Source: Rhodothermales bacterium (GTDB lineage Bacteria > Bacteroidota > Rhodothermia > Rhodothermales > UBA10348). From it: DNA of 64,000 bases. The notes below the pieces were generated by a model. It saw only the letters and a list, made by a program, of their open reading frames with translations. It made no database searches and had not been told where the DNA came from. Position 1 is the stretch's first letter; each line of letters starts with the position of its first letter. The position numbers and the translations under genes were made by a program. Location: assembly GCA_965247125.1 (NCBI GenBank), contig CBDFGO010000002.1:497618-561617 (forward strand), written 5' to 3'. Shown piece by piece: positions 10,413 to 20,187 of this stretch.

Positions 10413-10736
10413 CTACTGGGTGCGACCGAGCGCTTTGGATAAAAAATCCTTCTCCATCGAAAGCTCGCCAATCTTGGCGTGAAGCTCCTTGATCTGGCCC
10501 TCCTCGTTGTGCTTTCTGGAATACCCTTTTTCAAAGACCTCTTCAGCGTCCTGAATCAGCTTCTTTTTCCAGGTCTGAATCTGATTCGGATGAACCTGGA
10601 ACTGGTCTGCCAACTCAGCCATTGTGCGATCTCCTTTGATCGCCGCCACCGCTACGTTCGCTTTGAATGTGTTGCTGTGGTTTCTTCTTTTGCGACTCAT
10701 CGTTTGTAGCCTTTCTTGAGGGTGATAAGATCGCAA
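10413..10736 (-). CDS. IS3-family transposase OrfA (HTH)
   Basis: 107 aa with SRKRRNHSNTFKANVAVAAIKGDRTMAELADQFQVHPNQIQTWKKKL and a C-terminal leucine-zipper-like helix, as is typical of IS3 OrfA. Confidence 0.9.
   Translation of the reverse strand: MRSYHPQERLQTMSRKRRNHSNTFKANVAVAAIKGDRTMAELADQFQVHPNQIQTWKKKLIQDAEEVFEKGYSRKHNEEGQIKELHAKIGELSMEKDFLSKALGRTQ
10440..10446 (-). other. putative -1 programmed frameshift heptamer T TTT TTA (orfA/orfB overlap)
   Basis: On the minus strand the sequence reads GAT TTT TTA in the orfA zero frame (X XXY YYZ form). It lies 24 nt before the orfA stop. After a -1 slip the frame reads FFIQSARSHPVGERRQ-MIDP into orfB without a stop. Confidence 0.6.
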
Positions 10737-10787
10737 GATTCCACCTATAATCAGAGCCAGGCTGCCCAGTCAAACGGGACCATCTCT

Positions 10788-13281
10788 GCGTTTCTACCGG
10801 GAGGCGAAGGCTGCCGCGCAGCTTCACCATCCGCATATCGCGAGCGTCTTTGAGATAGACGAGGCCGTTCCCGAAGGCTCCAATACCGACGATGTGCGCC
10901 CGTTCATCGTGATGGAATACATCGATGGAGAGACGCTTTCGGAATTCATCAAGAAGAGCCCGCTAAAGCTTACGGAAGCGGTAAATATTGCTTCCCAGGT
11001 AGCGGAGGCGTTGAAAGCCGCGCACGCGAAGAACATCGTACACCGCGACATCAAGAGCGCCAACGTGATGTTGACGGCGGACGGTGTGGCGAAAGTGCTG
11101 GATTTCGGGTTGGCGAAGACCAATCAGTCCACGATGCTGACTCGCATGGGCTCGACGTTGGGAACGATTGCTTATATGAGCCCTGAGCAGGCTCGTGGAC
11201 AGGAGGTGGACGGTAGAACCGACCTGTATTCGCTCGGAACGATGCTCTACGAAATGGTATCAGGACGCCTGCCTTTTGGCGGTGACTACGAGCAGGCCAT
11301 CGTGTACGGCATCCTGAATGAAAATCCAGATCCACTCACGGCCGTTCGCACGGGCGTTCCCATGGGGCTCGAGTGGATCGTTAACAAGTTGCTACACAAA
11401 GACGCAGAATACCGCTACCAGACGGCCGCCGATCTCCTGACGGACCTCAAAAGTGTCGATCTCGGCGGAAGCGGACACTCCACTCGCTCGGCAACTGCGA
11501 TGAGCGCGGCGCAGATGTCTGTTGATCCCGTAACGGAGAAAAATCAGGCATTTCCGAATTGGATGTGGGGTGTCGTGGCGGTTGCGGTCATAGCGGGCGT
11601 GGTAATTGGGACGATCATGTCGGGCTCCGAGGCCGGTATTCTTCCCCCAACTCAATTTATTGTTGAACTTGAAGAGCGTACCGAGGCTCCGGATCTGTCA
11701 TGGTCTGCCGACAACCGATCCATCTTCTATACCGCCCAGGATTCTGCAGGACAAAACCATTATGTCAGGCGATACTCGCTGGACACGGGATTATCCGAAA
11801 TCGTGCCGGGTACAGAAGGTGCAGATCTGGTCCAAACGAGTCCTGACGGCCGCTGGTTGATTATTCGAGATGCTGATGAGGACCGGCTGGAGCGGTTGGC
11901 GATTTCAGGTGGACAGGCCACGCCCATTCCGGGCACGGAGGAGTCTGTGGCAACAGTTGCTGTGGGCGAAAATGGGGATGTCTATTTTTCAACGCCTGAC
12001 TTCTCACTCGCGGCCGTCTCCGAAGATGGTACATTTAGAATTGTGGCCGGCACAGATCTACTACAAGGGGGTGCCGTGGGCTTTTTCTTGCCGACAATTG
12101 TTCCCAACTCCAGTACCGTGTATTGGAGTTCACATGTTAGCACTACCTCAAGTGTTGAGTCCTGGGCGCACATCGGGGGAAAGAGTGCTGCTGTATTCCA
12201 GCAGTACATCATTCAACTAATTTTAGATAACGGCCTGGCGCTTGTCATACCGAGTGGGCTTGTCGGCGAATCAACATCGCTCATTTCTCTTGATCCGGAA
12301 ACCGGACAGACATCTGGCGCTCCCGTACCCATTGCGACCATGAACACCTGGGCCCGCTCGTCCAGTGGCCACTTGATATTTCAGGAGCCAGCAGTCTCGA
12401 GCACAATATCCTCCGGTGAAGCGATTTACGAGCTCAATGATGAGGGCTCGGTTCTCAGGCTGGGAAGTGTGCCGGGGATATCGAACGATTTTGCCATATC
12501 GAATGACGGGAAATCCATCATAATGGAGACGCGCCAGGAGGGTGATACCCGACGAGATCTGTATCGGCTTGATCTGGATTCCCAAACGGTCACGCGGCTT
12601 ACGCGGGTACGCCACAATCAGAATCCGTACTGGTCGAGTGACGACGAATTCGTCTATTTTGACCAGCGCGAGGATGGTGTGCCTGGTATTGCACGACGAC
12701 GTTCGGATGCATCCAGTCCGTTGGAGGTCATTCTGACGGATTCACTTGAATTTTCCAATCCAGCCATTTCGCCAGACGGGTCGATACTGGTATACGGTAG
12801 GATGCGGGAAAATAACCCCGATCTATTTCTGCTGGATCTTGAGAGTGGAGAAGAACGCTTGCTGGCGACCGGGAAAGGGTATCAAACCGACGCTGATTTT
12901 TCGCCGGACGGTGACTATATCGTATATCGATCTGGAGCAGCCTCCGAGGGGTCTATCGTAGTGATGTCCATTGATGGGACTACAGAAGTGGAAATCACAT
13001 CCTCGGGCGGCTACCCGGTATGGTCGGCGAAGGGTGATTTCATCTACTACATGAGGACTCTTCAATCGCTGTACCGGATCCCGGTAACGACGGACTCAGG
13101 ATTTCGGTTAGCTGGCACGGAAGAATTGATTTATCGGGCGAGAGACCACATGCATTTCAATCTCACGCCGGACGGCAGAGTTCTTCTGTCCCTGCCGAAT
13201 TTCGCGGCAAACACCTCTACACAAATGCGAGTCATACTCAACTTTGACGATTATGCCGAAGGATTGATGAGAGGGGATTAG
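10788..13281 (+). pseudogene. Ser/Thr protein kinase, remainder: catalytic core, TM segment and TolB-like (PD40/WD40-like) beta-propeller
   Basis: In-frame continuation RFYREAKAAAQLHHPHI..., then HRDIKSANVML, DFG, YMSPEQ. A TM helix (WMWGVVAVAVIAGVVIGTIM) is followed by recurring SPDG/SNDG propeller motifs (TSPDGRWLI, ISNDGKSII, ISPDGSILVY, FSPDGDYIVY). Confidence 0.85.
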
Positions 13282-13298
13282 CCCCTCCGCAGTCTCTT

Positions 13299-14174
13299 CT
13301 ACGACTGCAGCGTGCGGCTCAAGTAGGCTTTCAGCCTGCTCCAAGCGTCGAGCCCAGGTGCCGATCGCGTTTCCAGATCCTGATCGACGCGAAGCCAGAA
13401 TCCGTGGCCGACTTCGTCATAGATGTGAAGATCGTTTTCAATTCCAGCAGATTCGAGCGCAGCTTCGAAGGCTTCGACCTGCTCAGGCGCAGGGCCGCGG
13501 TCGAGTTGGGCGAAGGTGCCATAGACTTCGTGACTCATGGTAGCCAGAACTTCCGGGTCGTCGACCAAGCGGCCGTAAAAGATGGCGGTGGCCTCATGAT
13601 CCACACCGTCGAGACCGAATGAGAGCGCAATTCCACCTCCAAAACACCAACCCATCGCGCCGACACGTCCAGTCACGTCATCTCGGCCGCGCAATAGTGA
13701 GACGGCTGCATCTAGATTGGCGATGACGCCGGGCATGTCTTCTCCCGCAGCCGTCATGAGCGCGATGTTCTCATCGCGATTCGTTCCCAGTTCTCCTGAA
13801 TAGAGGTCAGCGGCCAGAGTGACGTAGCCCTCAGCAGCGAAGTCGTCTGCCAGTTGGCGAACACGGTCCGTCAGCCCATTCCACTCATGGATGATTACCA
13901 GAGAAGGGAAGGGGCCTTCGCCCTCCGGAACAGCGAGATAACCTGTCGTGGCCATGTCGTCATCGACGTAGTGCACATCGACGCCTTCGAGGTCTCCGCC
14001 GTTTCCGATGATAGCTGGAGGCATTTCGCCGTCCGTGGTCGCTGCGAGCGCGACGCGAGGAGCGTGGTCAGTTGAGGCCGCCTCATCAGACATTTCGGCG
14101 GGCTCAGCGCAGGCCGCAAAGAAGATCAGACTGAAAGACAATAAAAGGGCTCGGGCGATGGATAGGCGGCGCAT
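13299..14174 (-). CDS. dienelactone hydrolase family protein, secreted
   Basis: Signal peptide. Nucleophile elbow GWCFGG (G-x-C-x-G with Cys nucleophile) and C-terminal VGHGF. Confidence 0.8.
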   Translation of the reverse strand: MRRLSIARALLLSFSLIFFAACAEPAEMSDEAASTDHAPRVALAATTDGEMPPAIIGNGGDLEGVDVHYVDDDMATTGYLAVPEGEGPFPSLVIIHEWNGLTDRVRQLADDFAAEGYVTLAADLYSGELGTNRDENIALMTAAGEDMPGVIANLDAAVSLLRGRDDVTGRVGAMGWCFGGGIALSFGLDGVDHEATAIFYGRLVDDPEVLATMSHEVYGTFAQLDRGPAPEQVEAFEAALESAGIENDLHIYDEVGHGFWLRVDQDLETRSAPGLDAWSRLKAYLSRTLQS

Positions 14175-14378
14175 GGGATGCTCTTGAGAGAATGGTTGGG
14201 CGGGGATCCGAACTACTCGAAGTCCCGGGACCAGTTCCGATCGCTTCAGGGCAGATTCGCGGGCACCGACGAGTTATGAGCTAACCCAGCCGAACGCAAA
14301 AACCCCGATCCACAAGCGTGAATCGGGATTTAAAGCCATGGGCCGCAACAGGTACAGTCCCTTCTTCAATCAAAACGA

Positions 14379-15380
14379 CTACATCAGCCGCGTGATGTCT
14401 TCCACTACATCGTGCAGCGCATCCCAGATGTCGTCGTCGTAGTTATTTCGGTAATTGTATCGATTCCCGCTGCGGTCCCTGAGAAGGTCACGCATGTCAA
14501 TATCGTCGGCGTCCTCTCCACGAAGTTCATTGACGAATCTCTGATTGACCCTGAGAATCTTCATCGCAACCAGTCTTTCGGCCGTGAAATTGGAAAGGCC
14601 CAGCTTTTCCATCTTATCGCGGTATCGCACATCGATATCATAGATCCGTAGACGCAGCGCCTGATCTGGCGTCAGGGAATCGAAACCCAGATCGTCCATT
14701 TCCTCCATGAACCGGGCATTGATGCGATGGATGCGAAAGGAAATCAATTCGTCACTGGACAGATTGTCAAAGCCCAGATCTTCCATTTCATCGATGAATT
14801 TCCCATCTACGCCGTGGATACGAAACGAGACCAACTGATCGGCGTCCATGTCCGGAAATCCTATATCAGCCATGTCACTCATGAAGGCCGGCGTTACCCC
14901 GTGAATCCGGAAAGAGACGGCGTCATCAGCATCGAGATCGAACCCGAGCGATTCCATTTCCTTCAGGAAGTCTCCGTCCACTCCGTGGATTCGAAAAGAA
15001 ACGAGATCGTCGGCCGAGAGGTGTCCGAGGTCCAAGCCGCGCATATTCTTTACGTATCTCGGTGATACCCCGTGAATCCGAAACGTAATCAGATCATCAG
15101 CAGACAGGTGACCCAGATCCAACTCGTCCATGGCTTCAACGAAGGAAGCGGTTACACCATGGATGCGAAAGGAGATGAGTTCGTCGGCATCCAAATCGTT
15201 GTATCCGATGTCAGCCATCGAGCGGACAAATGAATCAGTTACACCATGAATCCGAAAGGAGCGACGCTCCGATCGTGACGACGCGATCGAATTGGCTGTC
15301 TGCGCAATCGAAGTCGCGGGAAAGAACAGAATCGCGACGAGCGCAAGTGTTTTCGAGAGGCCAGAGAGTTGAGATTTCAT
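14379..15380 (-). CDS. secreted repeat protein: nine tandem ~30-aa 'SFRIHGV' repeats
   Basis: Met at 15380 followed by a signal peptide (LALVAILFFPATSIAQ). Then nine units of the form (S/T)FRIHGV(T/D)xxF(V/M)xxMxxLG(F/L)xxLxxD(E/D)L(I/V). The last three units are degenerate. I recall similar repeats as C-terminal extensions of BlaR1/M56-type proteins. This is from memory, not verified. Confidence 0.7.
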   Translation of the reverse strand: MKSQLSGLSKTLALVAILFFPATSIAQTANSIASSRSERRSFRIHGVTDSFVRSMADIGYNDLDADELISFRIHGVTASFVEAMDELDLGHLSADDLITFRIHGVSPRYVKNMRGLDLGHLSADDLVSFRIHGVDGDFLKEMESLGFDLDADDAVSFRIHGVTPAFMSDMADIGFPDMDADQLVSFRIHGVDGKFIDEMEDLGFDNLSSDELISFRIHRINARFMEEMDDLGFDSLTPDQALRLRIYDIDVRYRDKMEKLGLSNFTAERLVAMKILRVNQRFVNELRGEDADDIDMRDLLRDRSGNRYNYRNNYDDDIWDALHDVVEDITRLM

Positions 15381-15506
15381 AGCGGACGATATCTGGGGGC
15401 AGTGATGCCAGTGCGCTGGCATTAGGAAGTATGCTTCCTAGACAATCCAAAAAACAGGAAGGTTGGCAGATGCAAACCTTCCTGTTTCTGGAAATTCAGT
15501 CAAATT

Positions 15507-17282
15507 TTAGTCTTCAAGTAGGAGTGTGACGCCCCATGACTCCGGATCGTCCGGAGGATCAGCATTCCAATCTTCGTAGGAATGCGAGCCGTCTGAACTG
15601 TAACGCAGTACATAGTCGCCCGCGTCCAGGTGGATCGTCCCGTCAAAGAGGCGATTTTTTCTGGCTCCGCCTGCATGATCGGATGATCGATACGTCATCT
15701 CCCAAACGGTCCGGCGAGTGTCCCGATCTTCGATCCACGCCTTATCGTACATCTCTCCGGAGTCTCCCTCACCGACTGCGATGATTCTGATTTTTGCGTC
15801 GCGATCGAGTTCAAAGCCGAAGCGTTCCCTGTCATCGTCACCAATTCGAACCAATTCTGCAAGGACCTTTCCTCCATTGCCAAGCTGCACTGGTCCGACG
15901 TTGTCCAGATCGGATTCGTTCGACGTCGACAGGCTGATGCCCCAGTATGAGTTTTCGGCTGGAGGGCTGGAATTCCAGTCGCCATAGGAATGAGAGCCGT
16001 CACTGCGGTAATAGACCATGTAGTTTCCGGCATCGAGGCTAAGTTTCTCACTCATTAGCCGATTCTTCCTTGCACCGCTAGTATGCTCGGTATCTCGATA
16101 ACGCATCGTCCAGACACGTTTGCGAGTGTTTCGGTCCACGACCCACGCATAATCGACCATGCCGCTGCTGGTACCTTCGCCGATCGCATAAATGCTTACA
16201 TCGGTTGTGCCACCGAGTGAAAATCCTTCGGCCAGCATCTCGTCGTCGTGAACGCCAGTCATTGAGATGAACGTTAGATTTGACGGAACAGGCTCGTACT
16301 CAAATATCCGCACACTATTGCGTGCGTCGTCGTCCTGTACCCAAAGTGTGAGTCCCCAGAACTCTGCATCGAATGGAGGCATCGTGTTCCAATCGTCTGG
16401 GTCGTGAGAGTCGTCCGCTACGAAGTAGGCGACGTAGCTCCCAGCCGGGAGACTGATACTTTCGTCAAGAATGCGGTTCTTGTTTGCACCGCCAGCGTGA
16501 TCAGAATCATAATATTCCATTTCCCACACTCGTTCACCGGTATCCACGTTCAATATCCATCCGTAGTCATACTGGCCGCCGCTATCCATTTCTCCGATGG
16601 CCAGAATATCGAGGTCGGCTCGTCGATCGAGTTCGAGTCCGTACCGATCTGATTCTGAAGTGTATGGGCGCAACGACAAGATTGCTGATCCTTCGAACGA
16701 TTCAGCCGCTACTCGAACGTCTTTGGCTCGAGCCTGGCTTCCTTCTCCGGTGACCGTGATTCGGAAATCTTCAAAAGCACCATCGTCGACGTAATGGCCG
16801 CTGTAGCGCGCCTTCTTCGAGTCGCCGAAGATTTTGCCAAACACATTCGACACTCCATTTCTCACAGAAAAGCTGAATGATGTGGCTACGTACGATCCAT
16901 AATGAACCTCATAGGTGCCGGCTGGAAGAGTCAGTGATCCTTTGAACTGTCGTAGGCCATGTCGGGCGCGATCGGTGTTCTCAGACTGAAGATCCCAAAC
17001 GAGTTCTCTTGTCTGAGCGTCGAGAATCCATGCATTGGCTGGCCATAGATCCCTGTCTTCGTCGTCATTGAAGCCCCAATTGTGCCGCTCACGGGCTGGT
17101 TCCGCGCCGATAGCGTCAATCTGAATGGTCTGCGTAGAGGCCAAAATGAACCCATCTTCGCGATGTTCACGCGGGGTCAGATCGTCGATTTCGGCGAGGA
17201 CTTTGGACTGGGCGGAAGCGAATTCGATACCGCAAAACGAGAGGAAAAAGATCAACAAATACAGCGCGGGTCGCATATGCAT
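15507..17282 (-). CDS. secreted protein built from four ~140-aa internal repeats; unknown function
   Basis: Signal peptide (LYLLIFFLSFCGIEFASAQ). Four modules each contain AWI.D..T...VW.M and H.GGA.KNR and end in L.AG.Y...Y..D.SHS...WN..PP.....WG(L/I/V)(T/S)L. Confidence 0.7.
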   Translation of the reverse strand: MHMRPALYLLIFFLSFCGIEFASAQSKVLAEIDDLTPREHREDGFILASTQTIQIDAIGAEPARERHNWGFNDDEDRDLWPANAWILDAQTRELVWDLQSENTDRARHGLRQFKGSLTLPAGTYEVHYGSYVATSFSFSVRNGVSNVFGKIFGDSKKARYSGHYVDDGAFEDFRITVTGEGSQARAKDVRVAAESFEGSAILSLRPYTSESDRYGLELDRRADLDILAIGEMDSGGQYDYGWILNVDTGERVWEMEYYDSDHAGGANKNRILDESISLPAGSYVAYFVADDSHDPDDWNTMPPFDAEFWGLTLWVQDDDARNSVRIFEYEPVPSNLTFISMTGVHDDEMLAEGFSLGGTTDVSIYAIGEGTSSGMVDYAWVVDRNTRKRVWTMRYRDTEHTSGARKNRLMSEKLSLDAGNYMVYYRSDGSHSYGDWNSSPPAENSYWGISLSTSNESDLDNVGPVQLGNGGKVLAELVRIGDDDRERFGFELDRDAKIRIIAVGEGDSGEMYDKAWIEDRDTRRTVWEMTYRSSDHAGGARKNRLFDGTIHLDAGDYVLRYSSDGSHSYEDWNADPPDDPESWGVTLLLED

Positions 17283-17406
17283 AGGGAGGTGCTTTCTGGT
17301 TAGTGGTTTGATGGATTTACGGCTAGCTGAGCATAGTTGTTACACCAGACTTCGTTGACGGGGATTCCAACATTGAAGAAGAGCAGTCACCGGTCGATAT
17401 AAGTTC

Positions 17407-19350
17407 ATGGAGCCCTTAAGCATTTCTGCTTTGGGACGATCCCGAGGACACGACGTCTACGCAATCAAGAGGCATGTTATGTTTGGTAATGAAGTTGTAT
17501 TCGTGTGGCCATATCTGCTCTCGGCCCTCGTATGTATCATACTGATTCTGCTAGCCTGGCATCAGCGTAAGAAGACCGTATCCTGGCCCTTCATGCTGCT
17601 CATGATTTTCGCTGCGGGTTGGTGCCTCATGGCCAGTATGCCGTTCCTATTCGGATCGGTGGTGGATGAATTGGTCTGGGCCAATGCAAAAATCGTATTT
17701 GTAGCAGTTCTGCCGGTCGCTTGGGTCCTTCTTGCCGCAACCTACTCCAGGAAGGGCAAGAAACTGTCGATGGTTCTTGCGTCGGGCCTACTCATTATTC
17801 CCTTCGTAACGATTGTTCTGCTCGCCATGAATCCTTCATTTGGATTCCAATTTGGATCGGTACAAGGATTATTTTCCGGTTCAGATCCAGATGGCGAAGG
17901 AGCGTTCGGTGCGTGGTACTGGGTGCAGACGATATATAGCTACGTACTCATTGCCCTGGGTGTCGGTTACTATATCCGCACGGCGTTCGCCAGTTCGAAG
18001 AACTACCGCAAACATTCACTCATGGTTGCAGCAGGTGCCATCCTGCCACTCGTAGCGAACGGGATCTTTCACTCTCAATTCAGTCAGTTCACAAATTTGG
18101 ACCTGACTCCGATCGGATTCGCCCTCAGTGGTGTGCTGTTCGCATGGGGACTCTTTCGCTACCGAATGCTAGATATGATCCCGTTTGCTCGCGCGGCCAT
18201 CATTACGACAATGGATGACGTTCTCATTGTGCTGGACTCGGAAGGTCTGATGATCGACATCAACCCGGCAGGTGAAGCGCTCCTGAAAATCGTGGGAGTT
18301 GAGATTACCGGTAAGCATCTATCAGATTTTTCGTCTGAGTTGGCGATCGAATGGAATTCCGTTCGCGGTGGACTCGAGCCAAAACATCCCGAGCTTTTCC
18401 TGGGATACGATAACGCTGGTAAGGAGGGACAAGAAGGTGCATGGTTCGATGTCAACATCAAGCCCATGCCGCGTCACCCGAATCATAAACTCGACTGGCT
18501 TCTGGTTCTTCGAGACATTACCGCGCATAAACAATCTGAACTGGAACTGATCCGGGCGAAAGAAGTGGCCGAAGAACATTCACGCCTGAAGATGGAATTT
18601 ATCGAAAATATGAGCCATGAGATCCGGACCCCGCTTTCGGGTATTATCGGTCTCGCTCAGGTGCTTGCAGAGGAGGTAAATGAACAACACCAGGAGTTTG
18701 TCGCGCTGATTGAGAAGGGAGGAAAGCGCCTTCTCAGAACGCTCGATTCGATTCTGGAAGTCTCACGCCTCTCGACCGAGCGGCTCGTGCTGCGCAATGA
18801 GCCAGTGGACGTTTCGGAACTGGTTCAGAAACTCGTATCAAAATTTGAACCGGAAGCGGAGGAAAAGGGACTATCAATCAGCCTGGACTTTGAAGAGTTA
18901 CGTGTAGGTGCAGTTCTTGACGCCGGTTTTTTCAAGAAATCGCTACAGCACCTTCTGGATAACGCAGTGAAGTATACCGACAAGGGATCGATAACCGTGC
19001 GCATCGATGCGACCGACAGGTCCTTTACCGTCCGTATCAAAGACACGGGCCGCGGAATGAGCCCAGAATTCTTACCCTACATTTTCGATGTCTTCCGTCA
19101 AGAATCGACCGGGACATCGCGTTCCTTCGAGGGCGCCGGATTGGGATTGACGGTTGCCCGAGGTTTGATTCAGCAGATGGGCGGCACCCTGGTAATCGAT
19201 ACAGAGCCAGAAAAGGGCACGTTGGTTACGGTCACTCTGCCTAAGGCAGAGATAAACCAGAAGGTGATTGGTCGTGAGCCCGTTGCGCATCAGCGCCCAA
19301 TCAAGATTGCCGCTCAAGAAAAACACAGCGATGGTTTGAGCGAGTCTTAG
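17407..19350 (+). CDS. sensor histidine kinase (N-terminal 6-7 TM sensor, PAS-like, HisKA, HATPase_c)
   Basis: H-box MSHEIRTPLSGIIGLAQ. ATPase boxes LLDNAVKYT, DTGRGMSPEFLPYIFDVFRQ and GAGLGLTVARG. Multiple N-terminal TM helices. An alternative start at 17479 (MFGNEVV) is plausible. Confidence 0.9.
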   Translation: MEPLSISALGRSRGHDVYAIKRHVMFGNEVVFVWPYLLSALVCIILILLAWHQRKKTVSWPFMLLMIFAAGWCLMASMPFLFGSVVDELVWANAKIVFVAVLPVAWVLLAATYSRKGKKLSMVLASGLLIIPFVTIVLLAMNPSFGFQFGSVQGLFSGSDPDGEGAFGAWYWVQTIYSYVLIALGVGYYIRTAFASSKNYRKHSLMVAAGAILPLVANGIFHSQFSQFTNLDLTPIGFALSGVLFAWGLFRYRMLDMIPFARAAIITTMDDVLIVLDSEGLMIDINPAGEALLKIVGVEITGKHLSDFSSELAIEWNSVRGGLEPKHPELFLGYDNAGKEGQEGAWFDVNIKPMPRHPNHKLDWLLVLRDITAHKQSELELIRAKEVAEEHSRLKMEFIENMSHEIRTPLSGIIGLAQVLAEEVNEQHQEFVALIEKGGKRLLRTLDSILEVSRLSTERLVLRNEPVDVSELVQKLVSKFEPEAEEKGLSISLDFEELRVGAVLDAGFFKKSLQHLLDNAVKYTDKGSITVRIDATDRSFTVRIKDTGRGMSPEFLPYIFDVFRQESTGTSRSFEGAGLGLTVARGLIQQMGGTLVIDTEPEKGTLVTVTLPKAEINQKVIGREPVAHQRPIKIAAQEKHSDGLSES

Positions 19351-19450
19351 GCGTACCCGAGCAGGTCACACCAGGTCAGTGAAAGTTGGCAGTACTCGAT
19401 GGCCCCGGACCATCACTGGATAGTGCCACTCACACTCAGCATTCTTCATA

Positions 19451-19966
19451 ATGGGACAGCAACAACTCTTACTTCTTGTGGCGGGCTTGATCGTTACGGT
19501 GCTTGCCGTCACGATCGGTCTCTCTGCATTTTCGGAGGGTACGAAAAAGAGTGAGTCTGACCAGATCGTGGGCCGAAATCTGGATATTGCCAGAGCCATC
19601 TTTGGCTGGAAAGCAAAAATGGATCCCTACAATGGAGGCAACATGCCGTTCACCAACCTTGAGGCGAACGGACTGATGAAGCTGTCGATGGACAGTTCTA
19701 CGGACACAGGCACGTTCGAGTTAGAGGTACCCTCGAGTTCCACATTGGAAATCACCGGCGTGAGTAATCGATATCCCGAAATTGGCGTTCGTACATATTT
19801 GACCGACCGCGGCATCGATTCCACCATCATCCGGTTCGACGGATCTATCACTCTGGGCGGCGAAGAAGGTGGCGGTGGAAAAGGCGGTGGTAAGGGCGGC
19901 GGAAAAGGCGGCGGAAAGGGCGGTGGAAAAGGCGGTGGTAAGGGCGGCGGAAAAGGCAAAGGTTAG
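19451..19966 (+). CDS. membrane-anchored small protein with C-terminal (GGGK)7 tail
   Basis: N-terminal hydrophobic helix QQQLLLLVAGLIVTVLAVTIGLSAF, a ~110-aa globular part, then GGEEGGGGKGGGKGGGKGGGKGGGKGGGKGGGKGKG-stop. Confidence 0.6.
   Translation: MGQQQLLLLVAGLIVTVLAVTIGLSAFSEGTKKSESDQIVGRNLDIARAIFGWKAKMDPYNGGNMPFTNLEANGLMKLSMDSSTDTGTFELEVPSSSTLEITGVSNRYPEIGVRTYLTDRGIDSTIIRFDGSITLGGEEGGGGKGGGKGGGKGGGKGGGKGGGKGGGKGKG
19868..19963 (+). repeat. 12-nt tandem repeat (GGY GGY GGW AAR) x ~7.5 encoding (GGGK)n
   Basis: Direct reading: ggtggcggtggaaaa ggcggtggtaag ggcggcggaaaa ggcggcggaaag ggcggtggaaaa ggcggtggtaag ggcggcggaaaa ggcaaaggt. Confidence 0.95.
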
Positions 19967-20187
19967 ATCGACCGCTTCGATGGGTCTGTTTTCAGGGCAT
20001 CGTCATTTCGACTCACCAATCATCCACCCTCCCACACGGAAGTAATGGGCGTTTCGCCGGAAATACCGTCTTAAACGGCGATTATTAAAATTCACCTGGT
20101 CAATTCCGGCGCCACCCCTTGCTTTTCTGGGCAAAAAGCGTCACCTATAGCGTCACCGTATCCATCACTCGCTGACGCCAAACCCCC

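Larger units (their letters stand above)
9518..10787 (-). mobile_element. IS3-family insertion sequence (1270 bp), apparently intact
   Basis: Terminal inverted repeats share an identical 11-bp tip: AGAGATGGTCC at 9518-9528 and its complement at 10777-10787. Further partial matches lie further in (TAGGTGGAGTCTTGCG versus TAGGTGGAATCTTGCG). A 3-bp direct repeat GCG flanks the element (9515-9517 and 10788-10790). Removing the IS and one GCG copy restores the kinase frame as ...EEDRTRFYREAKAAAQL.... orfA and orfB are in the 0/-1 arrangement. Confidence 0.9.

Noticed and set aside
19627-19959. 110-aa minus-strand ORF with poly-(PPPF/PPPL) repeats
   Set aside because: It is the mirror image of the GGGK-coding repeat. 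The plus-strand ORF has a plausible N-terminal anchor and domain.
19967-20187. tRNA or att site next to the integrase
   Set aside because: I read both strands for T-loop (GGTTCGAATCC-like) and acceptor-stem pairing and found nothing tRNA-like. Only short direct repeats are present, and these are reported separately.
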